This document shows, piece by piece, positions 48,335-60,091 of a DNA stretch of 64,000 bases. Position numbers and translations under genes: made by a program. The stretch covers positions 576,001 through 640,000 of the forward strand of contig CAVUQH010000004.1 in the NCBI GenBank assembly GCA_963743525.1, read 5' to 3'. The notes beneath the pieces were generated by a model. The model saw nothing but the letters and a program-made list of their open reading frames with translations, was not told the origin of the DNA and did not search any database. Origin of the DNA: an uncultured delta proteobacterium. Lineage in GTDB: Bacteria; Myxococcota_A; Polyangia; Haliangiales; Haliangiaceae. Each line of letters begins with the position of its first letter. Position 1 is the stretch's first letter.

Positions 48335-49348
48335 ATGCGTGATCGCGGGCTGGAATTCAAGGTCGGGGTGCTCATCGTCGCGGCGATGGTGGTGCTGGGC
48401 GGGTTCATCTTCGTGCTCGGCAACTTCTCGCTGCACTCCGGCTTCACCATTCACGTCGACTATGGCTTCAGCGGCAACATCCGCCCCGGAGCTCCAGTCA
48501 AGGTGTCGGGCATCAAGGTCGGCAAGGTCAAAGACGTCCGCTACCTGGGCGGCAAGGTCGACGCCAAGACCGGCGACCGCGTCTACGTCCGCCTCGACGT
48601 CTGGATCGAGGAACGGGTCCACGACTCGATCAAGAAGAACGCCGAGTTCTACATCAACACCGCCGGCGTCCTCGGCGAGCAGTACCTCGAGATCGTGCCC
48701 GGTGACGCCGAACAATCCGTGGCCGCCGGCGACGTCCTCCGCGGCACCGATCCGCCGCGCACCGATCTCATCGTGTCGCGCCTGTACGACGTGCTCGACT
48801 CGCTGTCCAGCGTCCTGCGCGACGACCGCGGCACCATCAAGAAGCTGCTGGCCAACAGCGCCAGCGCCGTCGACCAGGCCAACACCTTCCTGGTCGACAA
48901 CCGCGAGAACATGGGCAAGCTGTTGGTGTCGGCCGACCGCCTGGCCAACAACGCCTCCAACGTGCTGGAGAAGGTCAACACCGGCATGGGCGACCCGCGG
49001 GTCATCGCCCGCACCGTGCGCGACGCCGACGGCCTGCTCAACACCGCCAACGACTCGCTGACCCAGCTGACACCGCCGACCAAGGCGCTGCTGGTCGACG
49101 CCAAGCGCGTGACCGGCACCCTCACCGAGGAGCGGGTCGACAAGGCCCTGTCGGTCGCCGACAAGGCGGTCGCGGTCGCCGGCAAGGCCGGCGGCCTGAT
49201 CGACAACGTCAACGGCATGGTCACCGATCTCCGCGCCGGCAAGGGCACCGCCGGCGCCCTGCTCGTCCGCGAAGAGATCTACGCCGACCTGCGCGAGATG
49301 CTCCGCGACCTCAAGCGCAACCCGTGGAAGTTCTTCTGGAAGGAGTAG
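48335..49348 (+). CDS. mlaD: MCE/MlaD family protein
   Basis: EFKVG-TM, GAPVKVSGIKVGKV, GVLGEQYLEI.PG, long helical tail. Confidence 0.93.
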   Translation: MRDRGLEFKVGVLIVAAMVVLGGFIFVLGNFSLHSGFTIHVDYGFSGNIRPGAPVKVSGIKVGKVKDVRYLGGKVDAKTGDRVYVRLDVWIEERVHDSIKKNAEFYINTAGVLGEQYLEIVPGDAEQSVAAGDVLRGTDPPRTDLIVSRLYDVLDSLSSVLRDDRGTIKKLLANSASAVDQANTFLVDNRENMGKLLVSADRLANNASNVLEKVNTGMGDPRVIARTVRDADGLLNTANDSLTQLTPPTKALLVDAKRVTGTLTEERVDKALSVADKAVAVAGKAGGLIDNVNGMVTDLRAGKGTAGALLVREEIYADLREMLRDLKRNPWKFFWKE

Positions 49349-49358
49349 CGGGCCGACC

Positions 49359-50418
49359 GTGAGCCTGGTCAGCGACGAAAAACGCCAGCTGCGCGTCGGC
49401 GCGGCGCTCCTCGCGGTGGTGGCGGTCGCCGTCGTCGGCGTCGTCCTGCTCGACGGCGTCCATCTGCGCCGCGGCTTCCACGTCAAAGTCTACTTCCAGC
49501 ACACCGGCGCCCTCGAAGAAGGCGCCGACGTCCAGGTCGCCGGCCGCGTGATCGGCACGGTCCAGAGCATCGCCCTGGTCACCGCCAGGGAAGCGTCCGA
49601 CCCGTCGCACCCGCTCTATCCCACCGGCGGCGTCGCCTGCAACGTCCGCATCGAGCGCCGCTTCCGCTACCTGACCCGCAAGCGCGGCGCCGTCTTCGTC
49701 TCGTCCAAAGGGATCATCGGCACCGCCTTCCTCGAGCAGGGCCCGCCCGACGACGGCGGCGAGCCGGGCCCGCCCCTCGACGACGGCGACGCCATCCGCG
49801 GCGTTCGACCCACCGCGCATGGACCGCGTGATGATGCGCAGCTACCAGAACCTGCTCATCAGCCGCGCGTTCCTGTCCGAGGTCGCCCCCGAAGCCCACC
49901 GCCTGGGCCACGCCCTCAACGAGCTGGCCGACACCCTGGAGACGGTCGAACAGAAGCCCGGCGACTTTGCCGCCATGGCCCAGTCGATGCGCGAGCTATC
50001 GGCCCAGCTCGAAGCCGTCCAGGGCAAGTGGGACCAGGCCGACCTCCGCCTCGACGACGTCCAGGCCCTGGCCGCCAAAGCCACCCAGACCATGGACCGC
50101 ACCAAGAAGGCCATGGACGACATCCGCGCCAGGCTCGACGAGCTCGACGCCGACACCGTGCGCCTGCGCGCCGCCCTGCCCCGCGCCGCGCCCGCCCGCT
50201 TCCGCCTGGCCATCGACAAGACCCGCCAGGCGCTGGCCAAGCTGGACCACATCCGCGCCACCGTGGACGAGATGGCCGCAATGGTCCGCCGCGGCGAAGG
50301 CAACATCGGCGGCCTCACCCACGACCCCGAGTTCTCCGACTACGCCAAGAAGATCGGCAAGATCCTCAAGCGCACCCCGTGGCGCGTCCTCGGCACGATG
50401 CACGAGAAGCAGCACTGA
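49359..50418 (+). CDS. mlaD: Second MCE/MlaD family protein with an apparent single-base frameshift near 49805
   Basis: GADVQVAGRVIGTV (49359 frame); removing one T in ggcgttcgaccca gives GVDPPRMDR joining ORF 49819..50418, matching GTDPPRTD of the first MlaD. Confidence 0.8.
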
Positions 50419-50579
50419 GCGACCCTGAAAGCCGCCATCGCCGATCGTGCCGGCGCGGCCCAGGGTGCGACTAGGGGTGCCCCAAACACCCGAAATGCCG
50501 GCGGAAAAAAGTGAAAAACTAAAGAGCGTCCCCCGCTTGTCCACGACGAGCGGGGGCGCCGGGCGCCCCCGCCGCCCCC

Positions 50580-50897
50580 TCACCGGCTCAGCTTCACCAG
50601 GCTACCGATGACGTGGTCGAACCGACTGCGCAGCTCGCCCCCAATCGGTCCGACGTATCCCAGCGCAACCGCGACCTCGAGATTCGCCCGCGATTCCTCC
50701 GCCGAGCCCAACGCGTTGCGGTAGCGCAGCCGCTTGTTGCCACCGCGCCCCGCCGCCCCCTCGGCCACGTTGAGCACGATCGACGTCGCCGAACGCCTCA
50801 ACTGTCGCGCCTGATCTCGATCGTACTTCTCGATCCGCAACGCCAACGGCCGAATAGCCGCGACCAATTCGATGCAAACGGGATAGATACGCAACAT
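50580..50897 (-). CDS. Four-helix-bundle protein (23S rRNA IVP / Avd-like family)
   Basis: QLRRSATSIVLNVAEG…ALGSAEE…L.VAVALGY; RBS GGAGAGG. Confidence 0.9.
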   Translation of the reverse strand: MLRIYPVCIELVAAIRPLALRIEKYDRDQARQLRRSATSIVLNVAEGAAGRGGNKRLRYRNALGSAEESRANLEVAVALGYVGPIGGELRSRFDHVIGSLVKLSR

Positions 50898-51044
50898 GAG
50901 AGCCTCTCCTTTCGAAAGTGAGGCATCTCCAACCGCCCGGAGCGCAGGCGGGGTCAAGGGCGCGAAGCGGCGCGCGAAGCGCGCGAACCCTTGACGCCGC
51001 CGAGCACCGGGCGACGATCGAAACTCACGAGCGAGAGCCCCCCT

Positions 51045-51150
51045 CCCATCCCCATCCCCATCCCCATCCCCTTCCCCTTCTCCCATCCCCATCCCCTTCC
51101 CCTTCCCCTTCTCCCTTCCCCTTCTCCGATCCCCATCCCCATCCCCATCC
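51045..51150. repeat. Hexamer microsatellite (CCCCAT/CCCCTT)n upstream of the four-helix-bundle gene
   Basis: Directly visible pyrimidine-rich tract; G-rich on the coding strand. Confidence 0.9.
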
Positions 51151-51225
51151 GAAAACAGCCGCGCCCCCGTTCCCGCGCTTGCGCGCGAGCCGGGGGCGCC
51201 TCCGCAGCCACCGAAGCGGCTCGGA

Positions 51226-52617
51226 TTACAGCGTCGGCAAGCTGTCCGGCAAAACCGCCGGCACGGTGTTGAAATTGATCTCCACCGAGATGCCATCCAC
51301 GAACCGCAACTGCCCGTTCTTGTCAACTTCCTCCGTGCAGTTCACATCACCCTTGTCGTGAAAGACCTCCCCATTGCCGTCGATGCACGTATCCACCTTC
51401 GACACATCGTCGAGCGGATCACTGTCGCAGAACGCCTCGAGACCATCCTGATCGACGTCGATATCCGGCGTCCGGCAGCCCGCATACTCGCTGGTATCCG
51501 GCAACGACGGCAGCGCCAGGATCGGACCGAGGATGTTGGCGAACGTCGCGTCCAGCAGCGTGTCCTCCGGCGTCAAGCCGATCTGCGACACATCCAACCC
51601 GGTGATCTGGTCCGCCGTGTGCGCGTCGATGACACCACCCAGCCGGCCATTCTGGATCGCCCAGCCCGCCGGGGTCATGACCAGGTCTCCCTCGATCTGC
51701 GCACCCGTAATGCGCAGGTCCAGATTGAGATCGTTCGTGACCGGAATGTTGACCGAGAAGACCGCCGGACCGGCCACCAGCTTGAGCACGCCGCCGTCGC
51801 TGGTGACGGTGCCCGAGGTAAACGCGATCTTGGCCGAGCCGTCGCTGTTGAAGCCGAGCGGATCGAGCCCCATCCCCGGATCCAGCACGTCGTCGTACGG
51901 CGAGCAGTCGGGGAAGTCGGCGTTGCCGTCGCAGTCGTTGTCCAGCCCGTCGCCGCACACCTCGGCCTTGCCCGGGGCGATGGTGTCGTCCATGTCGTTG
52001 CAGTCGCCGTCGGCGATGGTCACGCCGTCGCCGTCCCGGTCCATGGTGTCGTCGGACGGCACGGTCATCACGCCACCGTCGCCCTCGACGGTGGTTTCGT
52101 CGGCCAGGCCGTTGCAGTTGTCGTCGATGAAGTTGCCGGGAACCTCGGCGGCGCCCTTGTTGATGTCCCCGTCACCGTCGTTGCAGTCGCCGCCGTCGCT
52201 GGCGGTCTTGTCGCCGTCCATGTCGGCGTCCATCCGGTAGGTGCCGAGATAGATGGCGAACTTGACGCACTCGTCCGGTCCGACGGTGCCGAAGTCGAAG
52301 AACTCGAACGGGATGACGATGTCGAACTTGTCGAACGCGTCGTTGATGGAGCTACGCGCCAGCGAGCCGACGGCCGACAGCTTGTTGTCGGGATCCCCAT
52401 CCTTGTCCAGGTCGAAGCCGTCCTCGAGCGAGCCGATCTCCAGCTCGGAGATCACCATCGGGTTGGTTCCCTGCAGCGGAACCACCGCTTCCCCCTCGCA
52501 AACCGGTTGCCCGTCGAGCGGCCACAGCGGCTCCTTCTTGGAGTTCCCACATGCGGCGCCCAGCAGCAAGACAGACGAAAGCGCAGCTGCGCCGAATAGA
52601 CCAGTCGATCGGATCAT
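51226..52617 (-). CDS. Lipoprotein with MopE-related putative metal-binding repeats
   Basis: LLGAAC lipobox; DCND…GAAEV..N.IDDNCNG and PGKAEVCGDGLDNDCDG. Confidence 0.85.
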   Translation of the reverse strand: MIRSTGLFGAAALSSVLLLGAACGNSKKEPLWPLDGQPVCEGEAVVPLQGTNPMVISELEIGSLEDGFDLDKDGDPDNKLSAVGSLARSSINDAFDKFDIVIPFEFFDFGTVGPDECVKFAIYLGTYRMDADMDGDKTASDGGDCNDGDGDINKGAAEVPGNFIDDNCNGLADETTVEGDGGVMTVPSDDTMDRDGDGVTIADGDCNDMDDTIAPGKAEVCGDGLDNDCDGNADFPDCSPYDDVLDPGMGLDPLGFNSDGSAKIAFTSGTVTSDGGVLKLVAGPAVFSVNIPVTNDLNLDLRITGAQIEGDLVMTPAGWAIQNGRLGGVIDAHTADQITGLDVSQIGLTPEDTLLDATFANILGPILALPSLPDTSEYAGCRTPDIDVDQDGLEAFCDSDPLDDVSKVDTCIDGNGEVFHDKGDVNCTEEVDKNGQLRFVDGISVEINFNTVPAVLPDSLPTL

Positions 52618-52720
52618 TACAAAGCTCCTCCCTCGGCGTCGGAGAATAAGCAGGTGGTCGAATGCCGGTCAAGGACGACATTCACCGGCCCCGGTCGCAC
52701 CCTCTGGTAAGGTCCCGGAT

Positions 52721-53521
52721 GTGAGATCTGCCGCGCTCGCCTGGCGCGTCGCGTTGACGCTGGCCGTGATGGCGACGCCCGCACTCGCCCATTTCGCGCC
52801 GTCCCTCGACGCCAACAACCGCTACGTCAAATTGACGCCGATGGGCGACCGGGTGCGGTTGGCCTATACCGTCTACATGGGGGAGCAACCGGGGGCTGAA
52901 GCCCGCTTGCGCCTCGACACCGATCACGACGGCACCATCAGCGATGCCGAGGCCGACGTCTTCGGCAAGGACGTCGCGGCCCAGGTCGCCGGCGCCCTGC
53001 AGATCACCGCCGACGGGCGCAAATGGCCGGTTGTGTGGAAGCAGCGTTACGTGGGCCTGGGTACGCCTACGACTCGTGGCGGTGCTTTCTCGGTCGACCT
53101 GATCGCGTACATCTGCCTGGGACAGGGCACGAAACACAGCCTGCAGCTGTTCGATCACTTCCGGATCCCGCGGCCGGGCGAGACCGAGGTGCGCATCGAA
53201 GAGAGCCCCGGGATACACGTCACCCGGTCAACGCTGGGTCCCGACGGCGAACAAAACATGCTCGACATGAAGTGGGTGGGCGGCGCTGGCCCCGCGGCGA
53301 CCGACGGCATCTACCTCGAATTCACCGCCGATGCGGGCGCGGTATCAGCCGGGGAAGGCTGCCCCGGTGACGCGACCCCCACCGTCGATCGAGGTGCGCC
53401 GACCGCGGCTACCAGCCCCCGAAAGCAGCAGCGCCGCCGCCCCTATGTCATCGTTGCGGGGCTGGCGGCGCTGGTTCTGGTCGGGACCGCGCTGATCATC
53501 GCGCGGCGCCGACGCGGCTAG
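52721..53521 (+). CDS. Secreted membrane-anchored protein with mature N-terminal His and an EF-hand-like loop
   Basis: …PALA/HF, LDTDHDGTISDAE, C-terminal TM + RRRR. Confidence 0.7.
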   Translation: MRSAALAWRVALTLAVMATPALAHFAPSLDANNRYVKLTPMGDRVRLAYTVYMGEQPGAEARLRLDTDHDGTISDAEADVFGKDVAAQVAGALQITADGRKWPVVWKQRYVGLGTPTTRGGAFSVDLIAYICLGQGTKHSLQLFDHFRIPRPGETEVRIEESPGIHVTRSTLGPDGEQNMLDMKWVGGAGPAATDGIYLEFTADAGAVSAGEGCPGDATPTVDRGAPTAATSPRKQQRRRPYVIVAGLAALVLVGTALIIARRRRG

Positions 53522-55428
53522 CGGAACACGAACGGGTAGGTGAAGCTGCCGCCGCCCTGGGTCTTGGTGAAGTGGGCGCGCTTGACCGCACTGGCGACGC
53601 AGCTGCCCAGCGCCGAGCTGGGCGACGACTTCACCTGCACCGACGACACGCTGCCAGAGCCGCCGACCTTGACGTGAACCTTGACGGTGCCCTTGCCCGG
53701 GTTCTTGTCGCCGCAGGACGACACCCGACCGCGCACCGCCGACATGCCCGAGGAGATGTCCGAACGGGTCAGCTTCTCGGGAAGGTTCGAGTTGCTGCTG
53801 CTCGACTTGCTGCTGCTCGAGCTGGACGAGCTGCGCGACTTGCCGCTCGAGCCGCCGCGGTACTTCTTGCAGCAGGGCGGCGGGTTGTCGGCCAGCAGGC
53901 ACGACACCTCGTCGCACTTGCCCGACGACTTGGAGCTGGAGCTCGAGCCGGAGCTGCCCGACCGCGAGCTCGAACGGCTGGACGAGCTGGAGTGCGACGA
54001 GCTGTGACTCGAGCGCGACGAGGACCGGTGTGACGACCGGCTCGACGAGTGCGAGCTGGGCTTCTTCGAGCTGGAGCTGGAGCTCGAGCTGGAGGCAGCC
54101 GCTTTGTCGTCGCTGCCGCCCTTGTCGTCGCTGCTGCCGGCGCTGTCGTCGCTGCCAGCGCTGTCGTCGCTGCCGGCCTTGTCGTCGGCGCCGTTCTTGT
54201 CGTCGGCGCCGGCCTTGTCGTCAGCGCTGCCGGCCTTGGCCGGATCCGGCTTGTCGGCGCCGGTGCCGTCGACCTTCTCGGCCGGGTTGCTGGCGCTGTT
54301 GGCCGCGACGGCGGGCTCCTTCTTGTCGCCACCGCGCAGGACCAGGAAGACCAACACCACCGCCGAAATCAGCAGCGCGGCGATGATGCCGAACAGCGCA
54401 TAGATGACCTTGGAGCTGGCCGGGCCACTCGAGGCCGCCGTCGGCAGCAGCACCGCCGCCGGCTGGTCGAACGAGGTCGACGCGAAGCTGGGCAGATCGT
54501 CGATGCCACCCGTCGCCGGCGCCGCAGCGCCGGCGCCGCCGGGAGCGCTCTTGTCGGCCAGATAGGCGTTGGCCATCGAGCGGATATCGATGAGGCCCGA
54601 GCCTTCGCCGCCGCCCATCTGCGCCATGCCGGCACCGCCCCCGCCGCCGCCACCGCCGCTGGTCGACGGCGCGGGACTGCTGGACGGCGCGCTGGCGGCC
54701 GCCCGATCCGGGCTGGCCAGAGCAGCCAGGTTGTTGAGCGAGAACAGCACCGAGTTCTCGTTGCGCTGACCGCGCAGCCGCGGCTCGTCCTCGCCCTCGG
54801 GCTCGTCGCCGCCACCGAACAGGCTGTCGGCCATCGAGCCCGACGCCGCCGGAGCGCTCACCGACGCCGCACCGAACAGGTCGCCGCCCAGGTCGTCGCC
54901 ACCCGCCGGCTCGCTGGCCGCGGCGGCGAACAGGTCGGCGGGATCGCTGCGCGCGGTGCCGCTGTCATCGATCTCCGGACCGCCGAACATGCCGGCGGCT
55001 GGATCGTCGCTCACTGGCGCCGCAGCCGCGGCAGCCGCGTTGGGCGACTGGGCCAGCCCGGCGAACTCGGGCACCTCGACCAGCGGCAGCCAGTCGGCGA
55101 AGCCTTCCTTCCAGATGTAGCTGTCGGCGTCGATCTCGCCGGCCGAGAACTTCTGCTGAACCTCGGCCGCGCTCAGCGGGCCGACCTGTTCCTGATCGAT
55201 GACCAGGTGCCAGACCGGACCGGCGCCGTCGTCGTACCCGGCGTAGTCGAACACGCGGGTTTCTTTTTCATCGTATCCGGCGGGCGGCGCCTCTTGCGGC
55301 GCGTCGTCCGTGCCGCGCACGACGATGATGTTGCTGCACTTCTTGCAGCGAATCTTGAAAACCTTGCCGGCGACCTTCTCGTCGGCGATGGAGTACTTCG
55401 CGCCACAGGCGTCGCAAACGATCTTCAT
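53518..55428 (-). CDS. gltJ: GltJ/AgmX-like gliding protein (zinc ribbon, GYF_2, TM, TonB-C-like C-terminus)
   Basis: MKIVCDACGAKYSIADEKV.GK..KIRCKKC; QVGPL…IWKEGFADW; C-terminal G.V.V…GSCVASAVK…F..TQ…FTYPFVF. Confidence 0.75.
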   Translation of the reverse strand: MKIVCDACGAKYSIADEKVAGKVFKIRCKKCSNIIVVRGTDDAPQEAPPAGYDEKETRVFDYAGYDDGAGPVWHLVIDQEQVGPLSAAEVQQKFSAGEIDADSYIWKEGFADWLPLVEVPEFAGLAQSPNAAAAAAAPVSDDPAAGMFGGPEIDDSGTARSDPADLFAAAASEPAGGDDLGGDLFGAASVSAPAASGSMADSLFGGGDEPEGEDEPRLRGQRNENSVLFSLNNLAALASPDRAAASAPSSSPAPSTSGGGGGGGGAGMAQMGGGEGSGLIDIRSMANAYLADKSAPGGAGAAAPATGGIDDLPSFASTSFDQPAAVLLPTAASSGPASSKVIYALFGIIAALLISAVVLVFLVLRGGDKKEPAVAANSASNPAEKVDGTGADKPDPAKAGSADDKAGADDKNGADDKAGSDDSAGSDDSAGSSDDKGGSDDKAAASSSSSSSSSKKPSSHSSSRSSHRSSSRSSHSSSHSSSSSRSSSRSGSSGSSSSSKSSGKCDEVSCLLADNPPPCCKKYRGGSSGKSRSSSSSSSSKSSSSNSNLPEKLTRSDISSGMSAVRGRVSSCGDKNPGKGTVKVHVKVGGSGSVSSVQVKSSPSSALGSCVASAVKRAHFTKTQGGGSFTYPFVFR

Positions 55429-55589
55429 CGAGATCTCCCTCGGGCCAGCGCTCGTTTTTTGCACCGCGGTCGGTCCGCGGCCTCTCTCGCGGGCTCCCCA
55501 AACGCGGCTTGATTATAAGAAAAAACGAGGAATTGATGCAACTTACCCCCTTTGACCCCGGGGCGTCCACCAGCCTTGGAGAAATCTGA

Positions 55590-56878
<1,289 letters not shown>

Positions 56879-56879
<1 letters not shown>

Positions 56880-58255
56880 CAGGATCTCCTCGATCGGTTG
56901 ACCGGGCGAGCACCGGCGTTTGGGGTGAGCGACAGCGCGGTGGCCAGCGCTCCGGCGTCGCCGCGCAACGCGCGGCGAAGAACGGTGGCTGCGACCTCCA
57001 CGGGTCGCGGCGCCTCGGCCTGGATATCGAACAGCTGCGCCCCGCCGGGGGCGAGCAGCAGCACGCGGGTGAAGCCGACGCCGCCGGCATACGCCAGCAG
57101 CGCGGCGCGAGCCCGGCGCTTGCCCAGGTCGACCGCGGCGCGGTGACCGGCGGCGCGCAGAGCGGCGGCCACGCGGGCGGCGTCGCGCAGGCGATCGGCG
57201 GCGCCGGCGACCACCAGCACGCTGCCGGGACCGTTGGGCGGTTCGACGCCGCCGGCCCACTGCGCCTCGGCCAGCGCCTCGATGTCGACGGCAAACCCGG
57301 TAGCGCGAGCGGCGCGGCCGTAGCGGCCGACCAGCTCGTCGTAGCGACCGCCGCGCAGCACGGCGTCTCCGGCGCCGCGGGCGTAGCCGGCGAAGCGGAT
57401 GCCGGTGTAGTACTCGAAGCCGCGGACCTCGCCGAGGTCGATGGTGATGCTGGCGTGAAGATCGCGGCGGAGGACGTCGCGGGTCATCTCCAGCACCTGC
57501 TCGAGGCTGTCCAGGGCGCGGCGGGCGCTGGCCGGCAAGCGCAGCGCGCGAGCCCGGCGCAGCACCGAGGCGGGGGCGCCGAACAGGGTCGGCAGCGCCT
57601 CGAGCACCTCGCGGACGGCCGGCGACACCTTGCCCGCGCGGGCGGCGGCGGCGGCGGCGGCGCGATCCTTGACCGCCAGCGCCGCGCGCACCTCGTGGCG
57701 CTGCCCCGGATCGGCGACGGCGTCCAGGGCGCGGCGGGCCAGCTCGACGTGGCCGACGTCGAGCCGCACCTCGGCGATGTCGGCAGTGGCCAGGGCGGCA
57801 GCGGCGACCGCGATCGCCTCGGCGTCGCCCTCGGGCGAGCCGGCGTCGATCAGCTCGACCCCGGCCTGCAGGATCTCGCGCTGGCCGCGGGCGCCCGACG
57901 ACAGCCGCGTGACCGCGCCCTCGTAGCAGAAGCGCAGCGGACCGTCGACGTCGTGCATGCGGGTGGCGGCGATGCGCGCGATCTGCGGCGTGATGTCCGG
58001 GCGCAGCGCGACGACCTCGCCGGTGGTCGGCTCGACGAAGCGAATGGCCGCGGCGCGCGCGTCCTCGCCCAGGCCGCGCTCGAGCACCTCGGCGTGCTCG
58101 AACATCGGCGTGATGATGCGCTGGTAGCCGTGGCGCTCGAACTGCTCGAGCAGACGCTCGGCGATGGCGCGGCGGCGGGCGGCGGCACGCGGCAAGAAGT
58201 CGCGGACGCCGGTGGGCAGACGAATGGCTGGAGTTTCGCTGGGCACGTCGATCAC
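56879..58255 (-). CDS. hisZ: ATP phosphoribosyltransferase regulatory subunit
   Basis: LPTGVRDFLP, LRPDITPQIAR, Q.GVEL, YYTG..F, GGRYD; sits upstream of purA as commonly seen. Confidence 0.9.
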
Positions 58256-59028
58256 AGGGGTGAGGGAACGTCGACGAAGCTGACGTGGAGAGCGGGGAAC
58301 TTCATGCGCAGCTCGTCGACCAGGCGCTGCGGTCCGAACACTTCGGTGGCGTAGTGACCGGCGGCGACCAGGGTGACCTGCAGCTCGCGCGCCAGCGAGC
58401 CGGCCCGCTCGGCCAGCTCACCGGTGAGGAACAGGTCGCAGCCGGCGGCGACCGCGTCCTCGAGCATGTCGCTGGCGGCGCCACTGCACAGACCGATCTT
58501 GCGCACGGTGTCCGGCCCGTGGGGAAAGATGAACTGCGGCTCGTCGCCGCCGCACACTCCCGAGGTGATGCGGGCGATGGCATCGGCGCGCGACAGCGGC
58601 GCGTGCCACGAGCCCGCCCAGCCGAGGGCGTGCCCGCGGACATCGCCGAACTGTTCGCGCGACGGGCCCAGGCCCAGCGCGTCGCACAGGCCGACGTTGT
58701 TGCCGACCCGCGGGTGGGCGTCGAGCGGCAGGTGGTAGGCGGCCAGCGACACGCCGGCCTCCAGCAGCTGGCGCAGCCGCCGGGCGGTCACGCCGGTCAC
58801 CCGGGGCAGGCCGCCGCCCCAGACCAGGCCGTGGTGGACGACCACCAGGTCGGCGTGGGCGTCGATGGCCCGCTCGAACAGCTCCGCCGACGCCGTCACG
58901 CCGGTGACCACGGTGTCGACTTCCAGCGAGCCCTCCACCTGAAGACCGTTGGTGCCGTAGTCGCGGAACCGATCGATCTCCAACGTGCGGTCGAGAAATG
59001 AAACCACGTCGCGCAGACGGACAGTCAT
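58252..59028 (-). CDS. Nif3-like dinuclear metal center protein
   Basis: NGLQVEG, VHHG, YHLPLDAHP..GNN, TGE, AGHYATE. Confidence 0.95.
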   Translation of the reverse strand: MTVRLRDVVSFLDRTLEIDRFRDYGTNGLQVEGSLEVDTVVTGVTASAELFERAIDAHADLVVVHHGLVWGGGLPRVTGVTARRLRQLLEAGVSLAAYHLPLDAHPRVGNNVGLCDALGLGPSREQFGDVRGHALGWAGSWHAPLSRADAIARITSGVCGGDEPQFIFPHGPDTVRKIGLCSGAASDMLEDAVAAGCDLFLTGELAERAGSLARELQVTLVAAGHYATEVFGPQRLVDELRMKFPALHVSFVDVPSPL

Positions 59029-59107
59029 GTGGCTGCTCCGCAGGCCAACCCGACCGGTTTTTGCAGCCCTGCCGCGCCGTGTCAAGGCGCCGCCGGGGGA
59101 AGCCGCC

Positions 59108-60088
59108 TCAGAGGTAGCGCTTGCGCCCGAGGAAGAGGATGAGACCGACCACCAGGGCCAGGGACAGGCCCCAGAATCCGGCGTATCCGTAGTGCCAGCG
59201 CAGCTCCGGCTGGTAGTCGAAGTTCATGCCGTAGACCCCGACCAGGAAGGTCAGGGGCAGGAAGATGACGCTGACGATCGTCAGCCGGCGCATCACCTCG
59301 TTGGTCCGGTGGCCGACCACCGACATGTACAGGTTGACCGAGTTGGCGACGATGTCGCGGGCGACCAGGACATCCTGCAGGACCCGCTCGACCGTGCCGA
59401 CCATGTTGGCCAGGAACGGCTGGGTCGCCTCACTGATGAAGCGCGACTTGCGCGTGGCCAGCTCGGTCAGCACCACCCGCGCCGGCAGCAGCACCTTGCG
59501 AAAGTGCAGGAGGTCGGAGCTGAGCTCGGCGACGTCGCGGAAGATGCGGTCGTCGACGTTGTTGACGAGCGCGATCTCGATCTCCTCGACCCGCTCCTCC
59601 AGCTGGTTCTGCGCGACCACGTAGCTGTCGAGCAGGTGATCCCACATCTCGTAGACCAGGAAGCTGGGGGTGCGCGCGTGGTGGAGGAAGTCGTCGCGGT
59701 ACGAGCGCTTGACCCCGTCGAGGAACGCCACCGGCCCGCGGTGCATGGTCACCAGCAGCTGCTCGCCGACGACCACGTTGACGCGGTCGAGCTCGAGGTC
59801 GCGCCCGCGCATCGAACAGGCGGTCATGACGATGTGCAGGTGACGCGGGTAGCGGGCGTACTGCGTGCCCGCGTCGCCGGACATGGCGTCCTCGAGGACG
59901 TCCTCCTCCATCAGCCCCAGCGGCGCCAGCTGGTCGCGGGCGCGCGTGGTGTCCTGGAGCTCGATGTCGACCCAGACGAAGCGCCCGGCCTCGAGCGAGG
60001 CGGCCACGTCGGTGAGCTCGATGGTGCGCTCCTTCTTCGACTCGAAGTCGAGCTCGACCACCCAGGGTCTGAAGCCGGCGCCGGCCAT
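59108..60088 (-). CDS. corA: CorA-family Mg2+ transporter
   Basis: NEVMRRLTIVSVIFLPLTFLVGVYGMNF…PEL.W.YGY. Confidence 0.95.
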   Translation of the reverse strand: MAGAGFRPWVVELDFESKKERTIELTDVAASLEAGRFVWVDIELQDTTRARDQLAPLGLMEEDVLEDAMSGDAGTQYARYPRHLHIVMTACSMRGRDLELDRVNVVVGEQLLVTMHRGPVAFLDGVKRSYRDDFLHHARTPSFLVYEMWDHLLDSYVVAQNQLEERVEEIEIALVNNVDDRIFRDVAELSSDLLHFRKVLLPARVVLTELATRKSRFISEATQPFLANMVGTVERVLQDVLVARDIVANSVNLYMSVVGHRTNEVMRRLTIVSVIFLPLTFLVGVYGMNFDYQPELRWHYGYAGFWGLSLALVVGLILFLGRKRYL

Positions 60089-60091
60089 CGA

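Noticed and set aside
49795..49825. Programmed frameshift in mlaD2
   Set aside because: No slippery sequence; a single extra T explains it (error or recent mutation)
50580..50897. Diversity-generating retroelement
   Set aside because: Avd-like fold only; no reverse transcriptase or template/variable repeat pair seen
53790..54260. Repeat element within the gltJ-like gene
   Set aside because: In-frame Ser/Asp-rich low-complexity linker, not a DNA element
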